Below, piece by piece: positions 16,699 through 27,057 of a DNA stretch of 64,000 bases; the first letter of the stretch is position 1; every line of letters begins with the position of its first letter. Made by a program: the position numbers and the translations under genes. Source of the stretch: a virus (taxonomy: Duplodnaviria > Heunggongvirae > Uroviricota > Caudoviricetes > Demerecviridae). The notes beneath the pieces were generated by a model, which saw only the letters and a list, made by a program, of their open reading frames with translations, had not been told where the DNA came from and made no database searches. The stretch lies in IMG/VR virus record IMGVR_UViG_2974579171_000001, positions 1-64,000 of that record. The stretch is one strand, 5' to 3'.

Positions 16699-19029
16699 AT
16701 GAGCCATCGCATTGAAAAAGTAATTAAACGTGACGGTACTGTAGAAGACTTTGCTCCTGAAAAACTCAATGGTTGGGCGGAGTATGGTTGCAAAACAGTT
16801 GATGTAAGTTGGTCAGCCATTACTATGGCTGCTCAAAAAACTCTGCCTAAAGGGGTTGTAGATTCCGACACTCTGATGGATGCATTAATTAAAGCTGCTG
16901 AAAGTCTTATTAAAGATAATCCAGCATATGATGTGCCAGCAAAGGAATTACGTCTTGCGCAAATGCGTAAACGCCTTTATGATTCTTTCGAACCACCTTC
17001 TCTACGCTTCTTCCATGACCATATGGTTAGCGTAGGTGCATGGGAAGACATGAGTGCATGGATTACCGATGAGCAATTTGAAGCTCTGAATCAGGTTATC
17101 GACCATGATCGTGACCGTCTTTTTACTAGTGGTGGGCTGAAACAGTTCTTTGATAAGTATTCCCGTCGTAACATAGCCACTGGTGAAATTTATGAAACCC
17201 CGCAGTTTGCCTACATGGGTATGGCAATGGCGATGTTATCTCAACCTAACTGGACAATTCTAGATGCAATCGACCTCTACAACGCAATGTCACTCCACAA
17301 AATCAACGTTCCTACGCCGCCACTGGTTGGTCTGCGCTCTAGTGACCGTGGATTTGCTAGTTGCTGCCTCGTGGATTCCACTGACACGCTGGATTCAATC
17401 GACACCGCCGAGCACATCGTCTTCAAAATGGTCGCAGCCAGAGCGGGAATCGGGTATCATCTTGAAAGCCGATCAATTGCTGATCCGGTGCGAAATGGGG
17501 CATTCCCGCATTCCGGAAAACTGCCATATTATCGACACATTGACCGCTCAGTAAAGGCCAATACTCAGCAAACTCGTGGTGGTTCTGCTACAGTGTCTTA
17601 TCCATACTTCGACCCTGAAATCATTCAATTGATGCAGGTTAAGCAACAACGTGCTACAGATGAGAATAAAATCGATAAGATGGATTATTCTCTGAGCTTT
17701 AACAATCTTTTGTTAAAACGTTATCTTAAAAACGAAGATATTACGCTAATGTCATACTTCTATGCTCCAGAAGTTCATGAAGCGTTTTATAGTGATGACG
17801 AGGCTAAATTTGAAGAAATCTACGTGGCAGCGGAGAAACGTGTGGCATCTCTTACAAAGATCGACCACGAAGGAAAAACAGTTCCTGCAGCTCCTAAAGT
17901 CTCTGCAAAAGAAATCCTAGATACTTGGCTACGTATTCGAATGGAAACAGGACGTATGTACGCTCATCACATCGGGGAATCTAACCGTCACGGTAACTTC
18001 CTTGATCCGATCCGTATGACAAACCTTTGTGTTGAAATTACTCAGCCTACACGCCCGTTCCATCATATTACAGAGCTATATAAGACAAAAGAGCAGCTTG
18101 ATCAAATGAAGCCGGAGGATATTGGTGAAGTATCTCTGTGTAACTTAGGTGGTGTTGTACTTGGACGCATGGAATCTCTAGCTGAGTGGGAAAAAACTTG
18201 CTACATCCTTCTGAAATTCGTTGATACAATTATTGAAATTCAGGATTATCCGTTCCCAACTATGGAATATACGGCTAAGAAACGTCGTAATGTTGGTATT
18301 GGCCTGATGAACGCAGCGGGTGCAATGGCAGCAGAAGGTCTGGCTTATGAAGGTATTGAAGCCCGTAACTGGATTCACCGTGAGGCTGAAAAACTGTCTT
18401 ACTTCCTGCATAAAGCCTCTGTACGCCTAGCTAAAGAACAGGGTGCATGTGAGTGGTTTGATCGTACTAAACCATCTAAAGGAATTTTGGTAATCGACAC
18501 GTACAAGAAAACTGTTGATGAACTGGTATCCGTAGGTCTAGAAATGGATTGGGAGTCTCTACGTGCAGATATTCTGAAATATGGTATGCGTAACTCTGTT
18601 CTGACTGCTCAAATGCCAGGAGAAAGTTCTTCTGTTCTGTTAGGTGTTACTAACTCTATCGAACCACCTCGTAAGATTGTATCTATCAAGGGTAGTGCAG
18701 TAAATAAAGTAATTGCAATTGCTCCAGGTGCAACCGATTGGGAAACATTAATGAGCTATAAACTGGCTTATGATGTAGATCGTATCGAGTGGATCAAGTG
18801 GGTAGCAACTATGCAGAAATTCTTCAGTCAGTCTATCAGTACGAATATGTACTATGACTACACCAAGTTTGAGAATGAAATCATTCCTGGCCCAGTAGTA
18901 GTTCGTGATTTCATGACTGCTGTTAAGTATGGGTGGAAAACTTGGTATTATGCTAACTTCAATACCGCAAATGGTGGAGGTGCTGGAGAAGAAGCAGCCG
19001 GTTGTGCATCCGGTGGTTGTACTATTTAA
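16699..19029 (+). CDS. nrdA: ribonucleoside-diphosphate reductase alpha subunit
   Basis: Starts MSHRIEKVIKRDG (ATP-cone). Class Ia NrdA core (CNLGGV, C-terminal CxxC...GGC). Confidence 0.9.
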   Translation: MSHRIEKVIKRDGTVEDFAPEKLNGWAEYGCKTVDVSWSAITMAAQKTLPKGVVDSDTLMDALIKAAESLIKDNPAYDVPAKELRLAQMRKRLYDSFEPPSLRFFHDHMVSVGAWEDMSAWITDEQFEALNQVIDHDRDRLFTSGGLKQFFDKYSRRNIATGEIYETPQFAYMGMAMAMLSQPNWTILDAIDLYNAMSLHKINVPTPPLVGLRSSDRGFASCCLVDSTDTLDSIDTAEHIVFKMVAARAGIGYHLESRSIADPVRNGAFPHSGKLPYYRHIDRSVKANTQQTRGGSATVSYPYFDPEIIQLMQVKQQRATDENKIDKMDYSLSFNNLLLKRYLKNEDITLMSYFYAPEVHEAFYSDDEAKFEEIYVAAEKRVASLTKIDHEGKTVPAAPKVSAKEILDTWLRIRMETGRMYAHHIGESNRHGNFLDPIRMTNLCVEITQPTRPFHHITELYKTKEQLDQMKPEDIGEVSLCNLGGVVLGRMESLAEWEKTCYILLKFVDTIIEIQDYPFPTMEYTAKKRRNVGIGLMNAAGAMAAEGLAYEGIEARNWIHREAEKLSYFLHKASVRLAKEQGACEWFDRTKPSKGILVIDTYKKTVDELVSVGLEMDWESLRADILKYGMRNSVLTAQMPGESSSVLLGVTNSIEPPRKIVSIKGSAVNKVIAIAPGATDWETLMSYKLAYDVDRIEWIKWVATMQKFFSQSISTNMYYDYTKFENEIIPGPVVVRDFMTAVKYGWKTWYYANFNTANGGGAGEEAAGCASGGCTI

Positions 19030-19037
19030 TAAAAACA

Positions 19038-19066
19038 AGGAGATCTTCGGGTCTCCTTTTTCTTTG
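19038..19066 (+). terminator. rho-independent terminator after nrdA
   Basis: AAGGAGATC-TTCG-GGTCTCCTT stem followed by TTTTCTTTG. Confidence 0.55.
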
Positions 19067-19075
19067 AAATTTTAC

Positions 19076-19104
19076 TTGCTAATCGCTACCAGATTTGTTA
19101 TAAT
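19076..19104 (+). promoter_or_regulatory. T5-type promoter driving HNH gene (near-leaderless)
   Basis: TTGCTA, 17 bp, TATAAT, with the ATG only 6 nt downstream of the -10 element. Confidence 0.5.
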
Positions 19105-19110
19105 ATCTAT

Positions 19111-19608
19111 ATGAAATTAACACAGAGTAGATTAAAAGAGCTAATCTCCTATAACCCTGAAACTGGCGAATTTACCTGGCTCCCAAGAAAAACTTTAGCA
19201 AAGCATTTATGGAACGCTAAAGCAGGAACCTACGATAAATTAGGGTATCTTCGTATAAAAGTTGAGGGAGTTCAATATTTAGCTCATCGCCTAGCCTTCT
19301 TGTATATGACTGGAGAAATACCAGAAGGAAAAATTGACCATAAAGATACTAATCCGTCCAATTGTGCCTGGGATAATCTCCGTGAAGCCACGAGTTCTCA
19401 AAATTCTATGAACTCGTGTGCAAGAGCGGATAACCAGTTTGGAATGAAAAATATTCGTGTAAAAGGCACTTCATTTCAGGTTAGGATAGGCAAAGACGGC
19501 AAATCTTATACAAAAACTTTTAAAACCCTAGAAGAAGCTATAGAATGGAGAGACACCAAACTACTAGAACTTCATGGGGACTTTGCAAACAACGGAGAAG
19601 CTAAATGA
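19111..19608 (+). CDS. HNH homing endonuclease inserted between nrdA and nrdB
   Basis: 165 aa. IDHKDTNPSNCAWDNLR motif. Paralog of 6422-6952. ATGA overlap with nrdB. Confidence 0.85.
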   Translation: MKLTQSRLKELISYNPETGEFTWLPRKTLAKHLWNAKAGTYDKLGYLRIKVEGVQYLAHRLAFLYMTGEIPEGKIDHKDTNPSNCAWDNLREATSSQNSMNSCARADNQFGMKNIRVKGTSFQVRIGKDGKSYTKTFKTLEEAIEWRDTKLLELHGDFANNGEAK

Positions 19609-20750
19609 CTACTTTACTTAACTTAGAATGGGATCATACTAACGCTGATCTTTTCCTCGGTGATTCTTTGGGTATTGCAGATTATGTTCGTGTGGCACAC
19701 CCCGAACTAGAGCGATTAGCTCTGTTGCAGCGTTCCCAGTTCTGGACTGAAACTGAAATTAGTCTTGAAGCTGATAAAAAGCAGTGGGGTAATCTCCCAC
19801 GTGAAATTCAGGAAATTACACTCCTGAACTTAGCATGGCAGACTCAGACAGATTCCTTTATCAGTCGTGCTCCTGAAGCAGCTATTATGCCGCTTGTAAG
19901 TCGTCCAGAATTGGAAGGTATGCTCAAACAGTGGAGCTACTTCGAAGATCTGCATAGCCGTGCTTATAGTAATATTATTCGTAATGTGCTGACTGATCCA
20001 GCAGAATTTATTGATTCTGTAACCAAAAACCAGGAAGCATTCGCACGCATCGCTGATTCTGTTGAGCTATTTGATGAGCTATATCAGTTAGGTCAGTATT
20101 TCCTAGCAGTACGTGATCATCGTGGCGATAATACTTACCCAGAAACCGAGTTTCCTGAAGTTAAACGTGAAACTCAGGCTAAGCTATTAGACGCTTACTT
20201 TGCAATCTACGGTCTGGAAGCAATGCAGTTTTACGCATCCTTTGCATGTACCTTTGCATTAGCAGAGAACGATATTCTGCAAGGTATTGCTAAAAACCTA
20301 CAACTAATCGCTAAAGATGAAGCTCTACACACTCAGATGTCTAAAACAATCATCCAGATTATGTTCCAGCAGTTTGACAAAGATCTAGTGGATGAAGCAT
20401 TGGCTAAAGCGCCAGCACAGCTCCTGAAAACTTTGAAAACTGAAATTGAATGGGGTCATTTCATTTTCAAAGGTCGTAGTCTGATTGGCTTGAATGCAGA
20501 ACTTCTAGAAGAATATCTGTACTTTGTGGGGCGTAATGCATTTATGCACATCGGTGTAGAATGGCCTAGTCACTTACCAGTAATCACTAAAAACCCTATT
20601 CCGTGGATCATGAACTGGTTGGATACTACTTCTCTACAGCCTGCTCCTCAAGAAATCCAGATTGGTGCAGCTTACCGTGTAGGTCAGGTAACTGAGACCT
20701 CTACTGATACTCTGAAAGATCTGGGCAATGAATTTGGAGATTTCTTATGA
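19605..20750 (+). CDS. nrdB: ribonucleoside-diphosphate reductase beta subunit
   Basis: 381 aa. Di-iron ligand motifs (EALH, FYASFACTFALAE). Confidence 0.9.
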   Translation: MTTLLNLEWDHTNADLFLGDSLGIADYVRVAHPELERLALLQRSQFWTETEISLEADKKQWGNLPREIQEITLLNLAWQTQTDSFISRAPEAAIMPLVSRPELEGMLKQWSYFEDLHSRAYSNIIRNVLTDPAEFIDSVTKNQEAFARIADSVELFDELYQLGQYFLAVRDHRGDNTYPETEFPEVKRETQAKLLDAYFAIYGLEAMQFYASFACTFALAENDILQGIAKNLQLIAKDEALHTQMSKTIIQIMFQQFDKDLVDEALAKAPAQLLKTLKTEIEWGHFIFKGRSLIGLNAELLEEYLYFVGRNAFMHIGVEWPSHLPVITKNPIPWIMNWLDTTSLQPAPQEIQIGAAYRVGQVTETSTDTLKDLGNEFGDFL

Positions 20751-21280
20751 TAACGGCATTATATGCAGTTGGGCCGAATGGGGAGTTCGGCCTCCGCGGT
20801 AAACTCCCGTGGGGTTCCTTCAAAGAAGAACTAGATGCTTTCTACTCTCAACTGGACGTGTTGAACCCAGATAACATCATCATTGGTGCGGGTACTTATT
20901 TAGCACTTCCAGAAGTTGTTCGGCAACGTATGATTGGAGAATCTGACCTCTTTATTCGTGCGGATCGTCCTCTGCCTGATGATACTAAACACGGTATCTA
21001 TACCCCAATTTCAAAGATTGGGGATACATTACCTACGTTCTTAAAAGATCAGCAGACAGTGGTTTTAGGTGGCGCAACATTACTGTACGAAATGTACATT
21101 CACGGACATATTGAAAGTGCTTTTGTATCTACAATCTTCAGTAATCAAAAACTAGAGGCAGATGTACATCTGGATAATACGATTCTAGATTACAACTATG
21201 AATCTACTCGTTTAGTTTACGCAACTGGCGCAAACAGTGATAACAGCCTGCGATTTGTACAGGAATTGGTTACTTATTAA
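20747..21280 (+). CDS. frd: dihydrofolate reductase
   Basis: 177 aa. [14 protein letters not shown] matches the DHFR N-terminal motif. Confidence 0.8.
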   Translation: MITALYAVGPNGEFGLRGKLPWGSFKEELDAFYSQLDVLNPDNIIIGAGTYLALPEVVRQRMIGESDLFIRADRPLPDDTKHGIYTPISKIGDTLPTFLKDQQTVVLGGATLLYEMYIHGHIESAFVSTIFSNQKLEADVHLDNTILDYNYESTRLVYATGANSDNSLRFVQELVTY

Positions 21281-22134
21281 TGGATCAGTATATCGAAGTT
21301 GGAAAACGTATCCTATCAGAAGGTCAGTGGGTAACAAATCCTAGAACAGGGGTTCGTTGCCTCACTATTATTGACGCAGATTTTACTTTTAACGTAGGTG
21401 CAGGTGAATTCCCCCTTATTACTACTCGTAAGGCGTTTGCAAAACAAGCAATAATGGAAATGATTGGGTATCTACGTGGATATGATTCAGCAGCACAATT
21501 CCGCGCTATTGGTGTTAACACATGGAATGCTAATGCAAATGAAAACTTAGCTTGGCTAGACAATCCATACCGTAAAGGTGAGGATGATATGGGACGAGTC
21601 TATGGTGTTCAAGGACGTCAGTGGACTAATTCCGATGGTCTTATGTTTGACCAACTAGCCAAGATTTATCATAATCTGAAAGAGGGCATTGATGATCGTG
21701 GGGAAATTTTAACCTTCTGGAATCCGGGGGAGTTCTCAAAGGGTTGCTTACGTCCATGTATGCACACTCATCAGTTCTCTATTTTGGGAGATACATTATA
21801 CCTGAACTCTTTCCAGAGATCTAATGATTTCCTGTTAGGACAAGTATTTAACATGGTTCAGTGCTATACACTTCTAGCATTAATGGCACAGATTACAGGC
21901 CTTAAACCAGGAATTGCACGTCAGAAGATTATCAATCTTCATATCTATGAGGATCAATATAATGTTTTAATGGAGCATAAGCAATTCGATCGTGAACCTT
22001 TTGCACCTCCTACTCTAGAAATCAATCCAAATATCCGAACTCTAGAGGATGTATTGACCTGGGTAAGCAAGGATGATTTTACTGTTCGTGGTTACGAACA
22101 CCACCCTGCTATTGCATATCCATTCACTGTGTAA
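21280..22134 (+). CDS. thyA: thymidylate synthase
   Basis: 284 aa. Active-site PCMHTHQF and ...QRSNDFLLG... motifs. Confidence 0.9.
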   Translation: MDQYIEVGKRILSEGQWVTNPRTGVRCLTIIDADFTFNVGAGEFPLITTRKAFAKQAIMEMIGYLRGYDSAAQFRAIGVNTWNANANENLAWLDNPYRKGEDDMGRVYGVQGRQWTNSDGLMFDQLAKIYHNLKEGIDDRGEILTFWNPGEFSKGCLRPCMHTHQFSILGDTLYLNSFQRSNDFLLGQVFNMVQCYTLLALMAQITGLKPGIARQKIINLHIYEDQYNVLMEHKQFDREPFAPPTLEINPNIRTLEDVLTWVSKDDFTVRGYEHHPAIAYPFTV

Positions 22135-22140
22135 TTTAAA

Positions 22141-22170
22141 TAGCCCTTCGGGGCTATTATATTTAAATTT
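22141..22170 (+). terminator. rho-independent terminator after thyA
   Basis: ATAGCCC-TTCG-GGGCTAT stem followed by TATATTTAAATTT. Confidence 0.55.
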
Positions 22171-22173
22171 CAT

Positions 22174-22202
22174 TTGCTTATTTAGTGAGATTTAAATATA
22201 AT
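22174..22202 (+). promoter_or_regulatory. T5-type early promoter
   Basis: TTGCTT, 17 bp, TATAAT, then atattttataaattgg. Confidence 0.55.
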
Positions 22203-22227
22203 ATATTTTATAAATTGGAGGTATATA

Positions 22228-22509
22228 ATGATTTCAGCCAAAGAAGCCCAAGAACTTGCAGGATTAACAGAAGTACCCGCATTTCTAAAATTTATAGAAG
22301 AAAAGATTGTAGAAGCTGCTAAGTCTGGAAATACAGAAGTAATTATTAGAGATAATCCTTACGCTAGGTGGCTATATAACCCTAGAGAAATGCCAGGAGC
22401 GGCTAAATCGGTACTAAAAACCTTATCGGATAAGGGGTATCATCTCTCACAATACTACCGAGAAGCCGCCTTTGTAGACATGGGTCTTAAAATTAGTTGG
22501 GAGGTATAA
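22228..22509 (+). CDS. hypothetical protein
   Basis: 93-aa ORF. TAATG overlap with rnh. Confidence 0.5.
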   Translation: MISAKEAQELAGLTEVPAFLKFIEEKIVEAAKSGNTEVIIRDNPYARWLYNPREMPGAAKSVLKTLSDKGYHLSQYYREAAFVDMGLKISWEV

Positions 22510-22985
22510 TGTCGGTTTTCCACATTTACACAGATGGTGCTTGTAAGTCTAATCCAGGTCCAGGTGCTTGGGGTTTTATTGTCTATGATGATAACGACGA
22601 TCGTTTAGGTTCTAAATCTGGTTATAATCCTAAAACTACAAATAATGAGATGGAACTCACAGCTATTGTAGAAGCTCTACGTTGGTCTGTTAAAAAAGAT
22701 AATAGACCAATTGCTATCTATACTGACTCTGCTTATTGCAAAAATGGTATGGAAAGTTGGATGTTTTCTTGGCAAAGGAAAGGCTGGAAGAAAGCAGATG
22801 GTGAAGTTCCTCTTAATCTAGAACTTTGGCAGGAAGCATTTAAATTAACACAGCAGTATATCAACTTTCATAATACTAACCCTACCTTTATTAAGGTTAA
22901 AGGACATTCTGGTATTAGTGGTAATGAAGCTGTAGATGCCTTATGTAACACAGTTATTACTGAAGCTGAAATGGCTGAGATGTGA
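22509..22985 (+). CDS. rnh: ribonuclease H
   Basis: MSVFHIYTDGAC... with the RNase HI DEDD motifs (YTDGA, ELTA, YTDS, H..SGISGNEAVD). ATG 22509 follows GGGAGG. Confidence 0.8.
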   Translation: MSVFHIYTDGACKSNPGPGAWGFIVYDDNDDRLGSKSGYNPKTTNNEMELTAIVEALRWSVKKDNRPIAIYTDSAYCKNGMESWMFSWQRKGWKKADGEVPLNLELWQEAFKLTQQYINFHNTNPTFIKVKGHSGISGNEAVDALCNTVITEAEMAEM

Positions 22986-23062
22986 TAAATAAATTAAAAA
23001 ATTCTCTTGCTTAAAGCCCTCTAATTTAGTATAATATTCGTATTGAAAGTGAGGAGGGCTTT

Positions 23063-23347
23063 ATGCGGATTTATAACTCAAATTCATTAGGATTTAAACC
23101 ATTGAGAAAACGTGCACAATCACCTCGTCAAATAAGAAAGGCTAATATTGGTGAGCCAGAAACACGTCTTCCACCCCCTCCAGAACAACGTTTAGTTTAT
23201 CTGGATGAAGAATTAGCTGAACGCGAAAGAAAAGCCCAAGAAGAGATTGAGCGTAAGAAAATGTGTACTGCTCCAGCCTACTCCAAAGGGGCTTATCAGT
23301 ATATCTATACAGCCGAAGAGGCTAAAGATGCGGGGCGTAAAAAATGA
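23063..23347 (+). CDS. hypothetical protein
   Basis: 94-aa ORF downstream of promoter 23008-23037. Confidence 0.45.
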   Translation: MRIYNSNSLGFKPLRKRAQSPRQIRKANIGEPETRLPPPPEQRLVYLDEELAERERKAQEEIERKKMCTAPAYSKGAYQYIYTAEEAKDAGRKK

Positions 23348-23793
23348 AGATTACTGAATTTAAAGGTGCTTATAGTTTCTTATCTAACTTTTATTTATCA
23401 CCAATTACTTTCGAATACCTAAATGAGATATGGCATGCTGATACTGTAGAACATGCTTTTCAGGCTATGAAATCCGACCAAAAAGATGATGTAGCTCATG
23501 TACTGCGCTCCCTAAATGCAGGAGTTGCCAAACGTAGAGGACGTAAATTAACTCTGCGCTCTGACTGGGATAAGGTAAAAGATGATGTAATGCTAGAGCT
23601 TTTACGGTTAAAGTTTGCAATCCCTGATTTGAGAGACAAACTGTTAGCAACAAAAAATGCAACTTTGATCGAAGGAAATACCTGGGGAGATACATATTGG
23701 GGTGTTTGCCGAGGCATCGGGGATAATACTTTAGGAGTTCTTTTGATGCAGGTAAGGTCTGAAATTAAAAGAAGCTTACAGTTAATAAATTAA
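23344..23793 (+). CDS. NADAR / YbiA-family (DUF1768) protein
   Basis: 149 aa. FLSNFY...EHAFQAMK...GNTWGDTYWG are the hallmark NADAR motifs. Confidence 0.65.
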   Translation: MKITEFKGAYSFLSNFYLSPITFEYLNEIWHADTVEHAFQAMKSDQKDDVAHVLRSLNAGVAKRRGRKLTLRSDWDKVKDDVMLELLRLKFAIPDLRDKLLATKNATLIEGNTWGDTYWGVCRGIGDNTLGVLLMQVRSEIKRSLQLIN

Positions 23794-23801
23794 AAATTCA
23801 T

Positions 23802-23830
23802 TTGCTAAACGCTTCAAATTCTCGTATAAT
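23802..23830 (+). promoter_or_regulatory. T5-type early promoter
   Basis: TTGCTA, 17 bp, TATAAT, then atacttcataaattga. Confidence 0.55.
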
Positions 23831-23868
23831 ATACTTCATAAATTGATAAACAAAAAGGAAAACAAATA

Positions 23869-24384
23869 ATGGCTAAGCAGAAAAACGCAAAAACTCAAGC
23901 AGCTCCGGCAGTTAAAACTTTCCCGCAGACCGAGGCTAATCGCAAAGCTCGTCTGGAACGTCACCTGCGTAAGCATCCTACCGATGCTCAGGCTGCGCAA
24001 GCACTGAATAATCCGGCTCCGATTCGTCAAAAGCCTAAAGCTAAAAATGCCACCCGTAAATCCTACAAAATGGTTATGTATGTAGAAAATTACGGCCACA
24101 AATCTGTCCCGGTTTCCCTGAGCTTTAACGCTGGGGCTGAATTGTTCTCTCGTAATGGTATGTCTATGAAGGATTATGAGAAGGCAGTTAACCAGAAGCG
24201 TAAACCAACAGCAGATGTATTGCGTGATACTCGTGGACAGTTTGGTTCTGTTAAGCCAAATATCTTTGGCGTAGAGTATAGTAAAGATAATGTTCGTGCT
24301 CTGTGTTACGGTGTAGGCATTAAGTTCACGGGTGATTCTGCTCGTAAATCTGCTAAACCAGCTCGCAAGCGTAAAGCGAAGTAA
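23869..24384 (+). CDS. basic (K/R-rich) hypothetical protein
   Basis: 171 aa, lysine-rich N- and C-termini. Followed by the GGGGCGAAAGCCCC hairpin. Confidence 0.5.
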   Translation: MAKQKNAKTQAAPAVKTFPQTEANRKARLERHLRKHPTDAQAAQALNNPAPIRQKPKAKNATRKSYKMVMYVENYGHKSVPVSLSFNAGAELFSRNGMSMKDYEKAVNQKRKPTADVLRDTRGQFGSVKPNIFGVEYSKDNVRALCYGVGIKFTGDSARKSAKPARKRKAK

Positions 24385-24447
24385 TAGATAAATAGGGGCG
24401 AAAGCCCCTACAATCGACTAATTCTCTAACTAATCAAGGATATTTTT

Positions 24448-24663
24448 ATGTTCTCTAAGAAACCACGTTCTGTTACTGAAATCGTTGCTTCCTTTACCAC
24501 TATCACTGATGAGCTTCAAGCTCGTATTGAGGCTGATCAAAAAATCGCAGCTGATATTCAGAAACAGCAGGAAGAACTCGCTTTAAAGTTGGCTGAAACC
24601 AACAAGAGTGAAAAATCTGCCCAAACTATTATGGAAAATATCCTTAAACTGCTGGGCAAGTGA
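24448..24663 (+). CDS. hypothetical coiled-coil protein
   Basis: 71-aa ORF with a Shine-Dalgarno site. Followed by a second GGGGGCGAAAGCCCC hairpin. Confidence 0.4.
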   Translation: MFSKKPRSVTEIVASFTTITDELQARIEADQKIAADIQKQQEELALKLAETNKSEKSAQTIMENILKLLGK

Positions 24664-24704
24664 TTTAAATCAGGGGGCGAAAGCCCCTCTTATTTGGAGA
24701 AACT

Positions 24705-24941
24705 ATGCGTAATTTTGTAGCAAAGAATGATTTTAACCGTGCTAGCACCCATAAGTCAGCTAGGGATTATACACGACTTTCTAGTCATGAGGTAATGGAT
24801 ACCTGTTATGAAGAGCTGGAAGGTAGCTGGAATGAATGGCCCGACTTCTCTATGGAAGAGAACTGGGATGTCAGTGAGGATATGCTTCCTGGTTTTAAAG
24901 ACCCCAAGAAGTGGGAGTCTATTAAAGAGACAGCTCTTTAA
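24705..24941 (+). CDS. hypothetical acidic protein
   Basis: 78-aa ORF. Confidence 0.4.
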   Translation: MRNFVAKNDFNRASTHKSARDYTRLSSHEVMDTCYEELEGSWNEWPDFSMEENWDVSEDMLPGFKDPKKWESIKETAL

Positions 24942-24968
24942 TAGTTTTCTACACAATAAGGATAAGTT

Positions 24969-25670
24969 ATGAAAGTAAAACCATTTGGTATGCTAGATAT
25001 TGAATCTCTAGGAACTCCAGGAGATTGTGGTACTACTCATATCGCAATGCCTTCTTTCGCTTTTGTGGCTATGCATGGGATTGATAAAGACCCTGATCTA
25101 GTATTTGTTACTTTGGATGTACAAGATCAGCTTAATTCTGGTGCTAAAGTTACAGCATCTACTCTAGCATTCTGGATGGATCAGGCTAAACATAGCCCAT
25201 CTGCTATCCACATTAAGGAAGCTATGAACGAGCGTAATCCAAAACTGATTGCCTTCCAAAATGGTAAGCATCATTGCACTAATAAACTTGGCTCTAACTA
25301 TGCTGCCTTCTCTATGGCTCAAAATATTATGGAGTTGGCTCTAGGAGAAGATGCTTTGTACTATGGCAATGGCCCAGAGTTTGATATGACTATCTACTCC
25401 GCAAATACGTTCCATGCGGGGACTCACGAAGAGGTAGTTCCGTGGAAATTCTGGAATTTGGGCAATGTTCGATCTCTTCGTAATCTCTGGATGCAAGCTG
25501 GTTATAGTTACAAAGATCTAGAGGCTGAAGGTATTAGCTGGGCAATAGCTAAAATGGAGAAGATGGACACTATTCGTTATGGGATCTATCCGGCTAAGCA
25601 CGACCCAGCATTTGATGCCTTAGTTGAGAGCTATTGTGTTGCAGCTATGATCGAAAAAATGAAAATTTGA
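24969..25670 (+). CDS. DEDDh-type 3'-5' exonuclease-like protein
   Basis: 233 aa. LDIESLG (exo motif I, DxE) and C-terminal AKHDPAFDAL (HxAxxD). Confidence 0.55.
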   Translation: MKVKPFGMLDIESLGTPGDCGTTHIAMPSFAFVAMHGIDKDPDLVFVTLDVQDQLNSGAKVTASTLAFWMDQAKHSPSAIHIKEAMNERNPKLIAFQNGKHHCTNKLGSNYAAFSMAQNIMELALGEDALYYGNGPEFDMTIYSANTFHAGTHEEVVPWKFWNLGNVRSLRNLWMQAGYSYKDLEAEGISWAIAKMEKMDTIRYGIYPAKHDPAFDALVESYCVAAMIEKMKI

Positions 25671-25671
25671 T

Positions 25672-25700
25672 TTGCTTCCGGCTCCAAAATTCTGTATAAT
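25672..25700 (+). promoter_or_regulatory. T5-type early promoter
   Basis: TTGCTT, 17 bp, TATAAT, then atattcataaatttga. Confidence 0.55.
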
Positions 25701-25740
25701 ATATTCATAAATTTGAGAAAACAATAAAAGGAAAACAAAT

Positions 25741-25923
25741 ATGCCAGTATCTAAAAATGTTCGTAAAAATGGTAAGAAAGCTACTCGTAATCTGGGTATC
25801 CGTCGTATGGCTGAACGTCAATCAGGTGTCCAGAAAATCTTTGATCTGCTAAATCGTGCTAATCCTAAAATTGATAACAGTAACGATACTGTTCTACGCA
25901 CTCTGCTGGCAATTGGTCTGTAA
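25741..25923 (+). CDS. small basic hypothetical protein
   Basis: 60-aa ORF. Confidence 0.4.
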   Translation: MPVSKNVRKNGKKATRNLGIRRMAERQSGVQKIFDLLNRANPKIDNSNDTVLRTLLAIGL

Positions 25924-25976
25924 TAGACCAACTTTAAACAAATTCAAATCTCAAACTTCATATAAGGAAGCAAATA

Positions 25977-26615
25977 ATGACTACTCGTATTTCTAAAACT
26001 CGCGCTCTGGCAACTATCAAATCTCTGGAAGCTAAAATCCGTAAAGCTACTGAACAGCAGCTTCTGATCGCTGTTGGTGAAGGTAAGGATAAAAACCAGG
26101 TTGTAGTTGGCGCTGCAATCGAAGTAGATGACCTGTCTACTCGTATTAAGACTGATTTCCAATCTCTGCTGGATATGATGTCTCAGCGCGATCGTATCAA
26201 ATCTGCTCTAATTAAGAGCAATGCAGAAACAATCGTTGAGATCGGTTCTCGTAAAATGACTGTTGCGGAAGCAATTGAAGCTAAGCGTTCTATGGAGCTT
26301 AAAGCTCAACTGCTGGCTAACATGCGTAAGCAGTTCCATGCCGCTACGGTTAAGTTTAATACGCAGAAAGCACAGTTTGATGCTAAATATGAGCGTTTGC
26401 AGGATAGCATGGCTACCCGCGATAAGAAAACTTCCGAAGATGAAGTTAAAATGCAGCTCAACCTGCTGGAACTCAAGAATACTCCATTCTTGATTGATCC
26501 GCTGGAACTGGAGAAGCTGATTAAGCAGCATGACGAGGAATACCAGGACTTTGCAACAAATGTTGACTTTGTTCTGTCCGAGTCTAACGCTTCTACCTTC
26601 ATTGAAGTAGAGTAA
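25977..26615 (+). CDS. hypothetical coiled-coil protein
   Basis: 212-aa ORF. Confidence 0.5.
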   Translation: MTTRISKTRALATIKSLEAKIRKATEQQLLIAVGEGKDKNQVVVGAAIEVDDLSTRIKTDFQSLLDMMSQRDRIKSALIKSNAETIVEIGSRKMTVAEAIEAKRSMELKAQLLANMRKQFHAATVKFNTQKAQFDAKYERLQDSMATRDKKTSEDEVKMQLNLLELKNTPFLIDPLELEKLIKQHDEEYQDFATNVDFVLSESNASTFIEVE

Positions 26616-26998
26616 TAATTTAAAAGCTAGTAAATCGGTAGACGAAAGCCCAAGCATCTTACCTCGCAGCAGCGGTTGAAATACGAGGTTAAATAAGACC
26701 GCTGACCATACTATAAAGTATAATCTATTGGAGATTATGTTTATTACACCAGCCTTTTAAGCTGACATGTAAGAACAAAGCGTCGTTGATATTACCGACA
26801 CAACTTCAAAGATCAACATTTAAGTATGAAAGCTGAAAAGTTTAAAGAACTCAAACTTCTAAACTTCCAAAGCTAAAAGATGCAAAGTATTCGTTGATGA
26901 TTCAAACCCTAGATCAAAGGTACATGGCTCATAAGATATGGCCTGTGGCGCCTCTAGGCTGTTTATCGGTTTACTAGTTTCACAATTTAAAAATGTAT

Positions 26999-27027
26999 TT
27001 GCTAATCTACTAAATTATATGTATAAT
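26999..27027 (+). promoter_or_regulatory. T5-type early promoter
   Basis: TTGCTA, 17 bp, TATAAT, then atatttttaaattgatga. Confidence 0.55.
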
Positions 27028-27057
27028 ATATTTTTAAATTGATGAAACGAGGCTATT

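Noticed and set aside
26208-26657. Minus-strand ORFs 26208-26657 and 26306-26602 and plus 26263-26493
   Set aside because: They are nested inside the 25977-26615 plus-strand gene in alternate frames. They have no expression signals.
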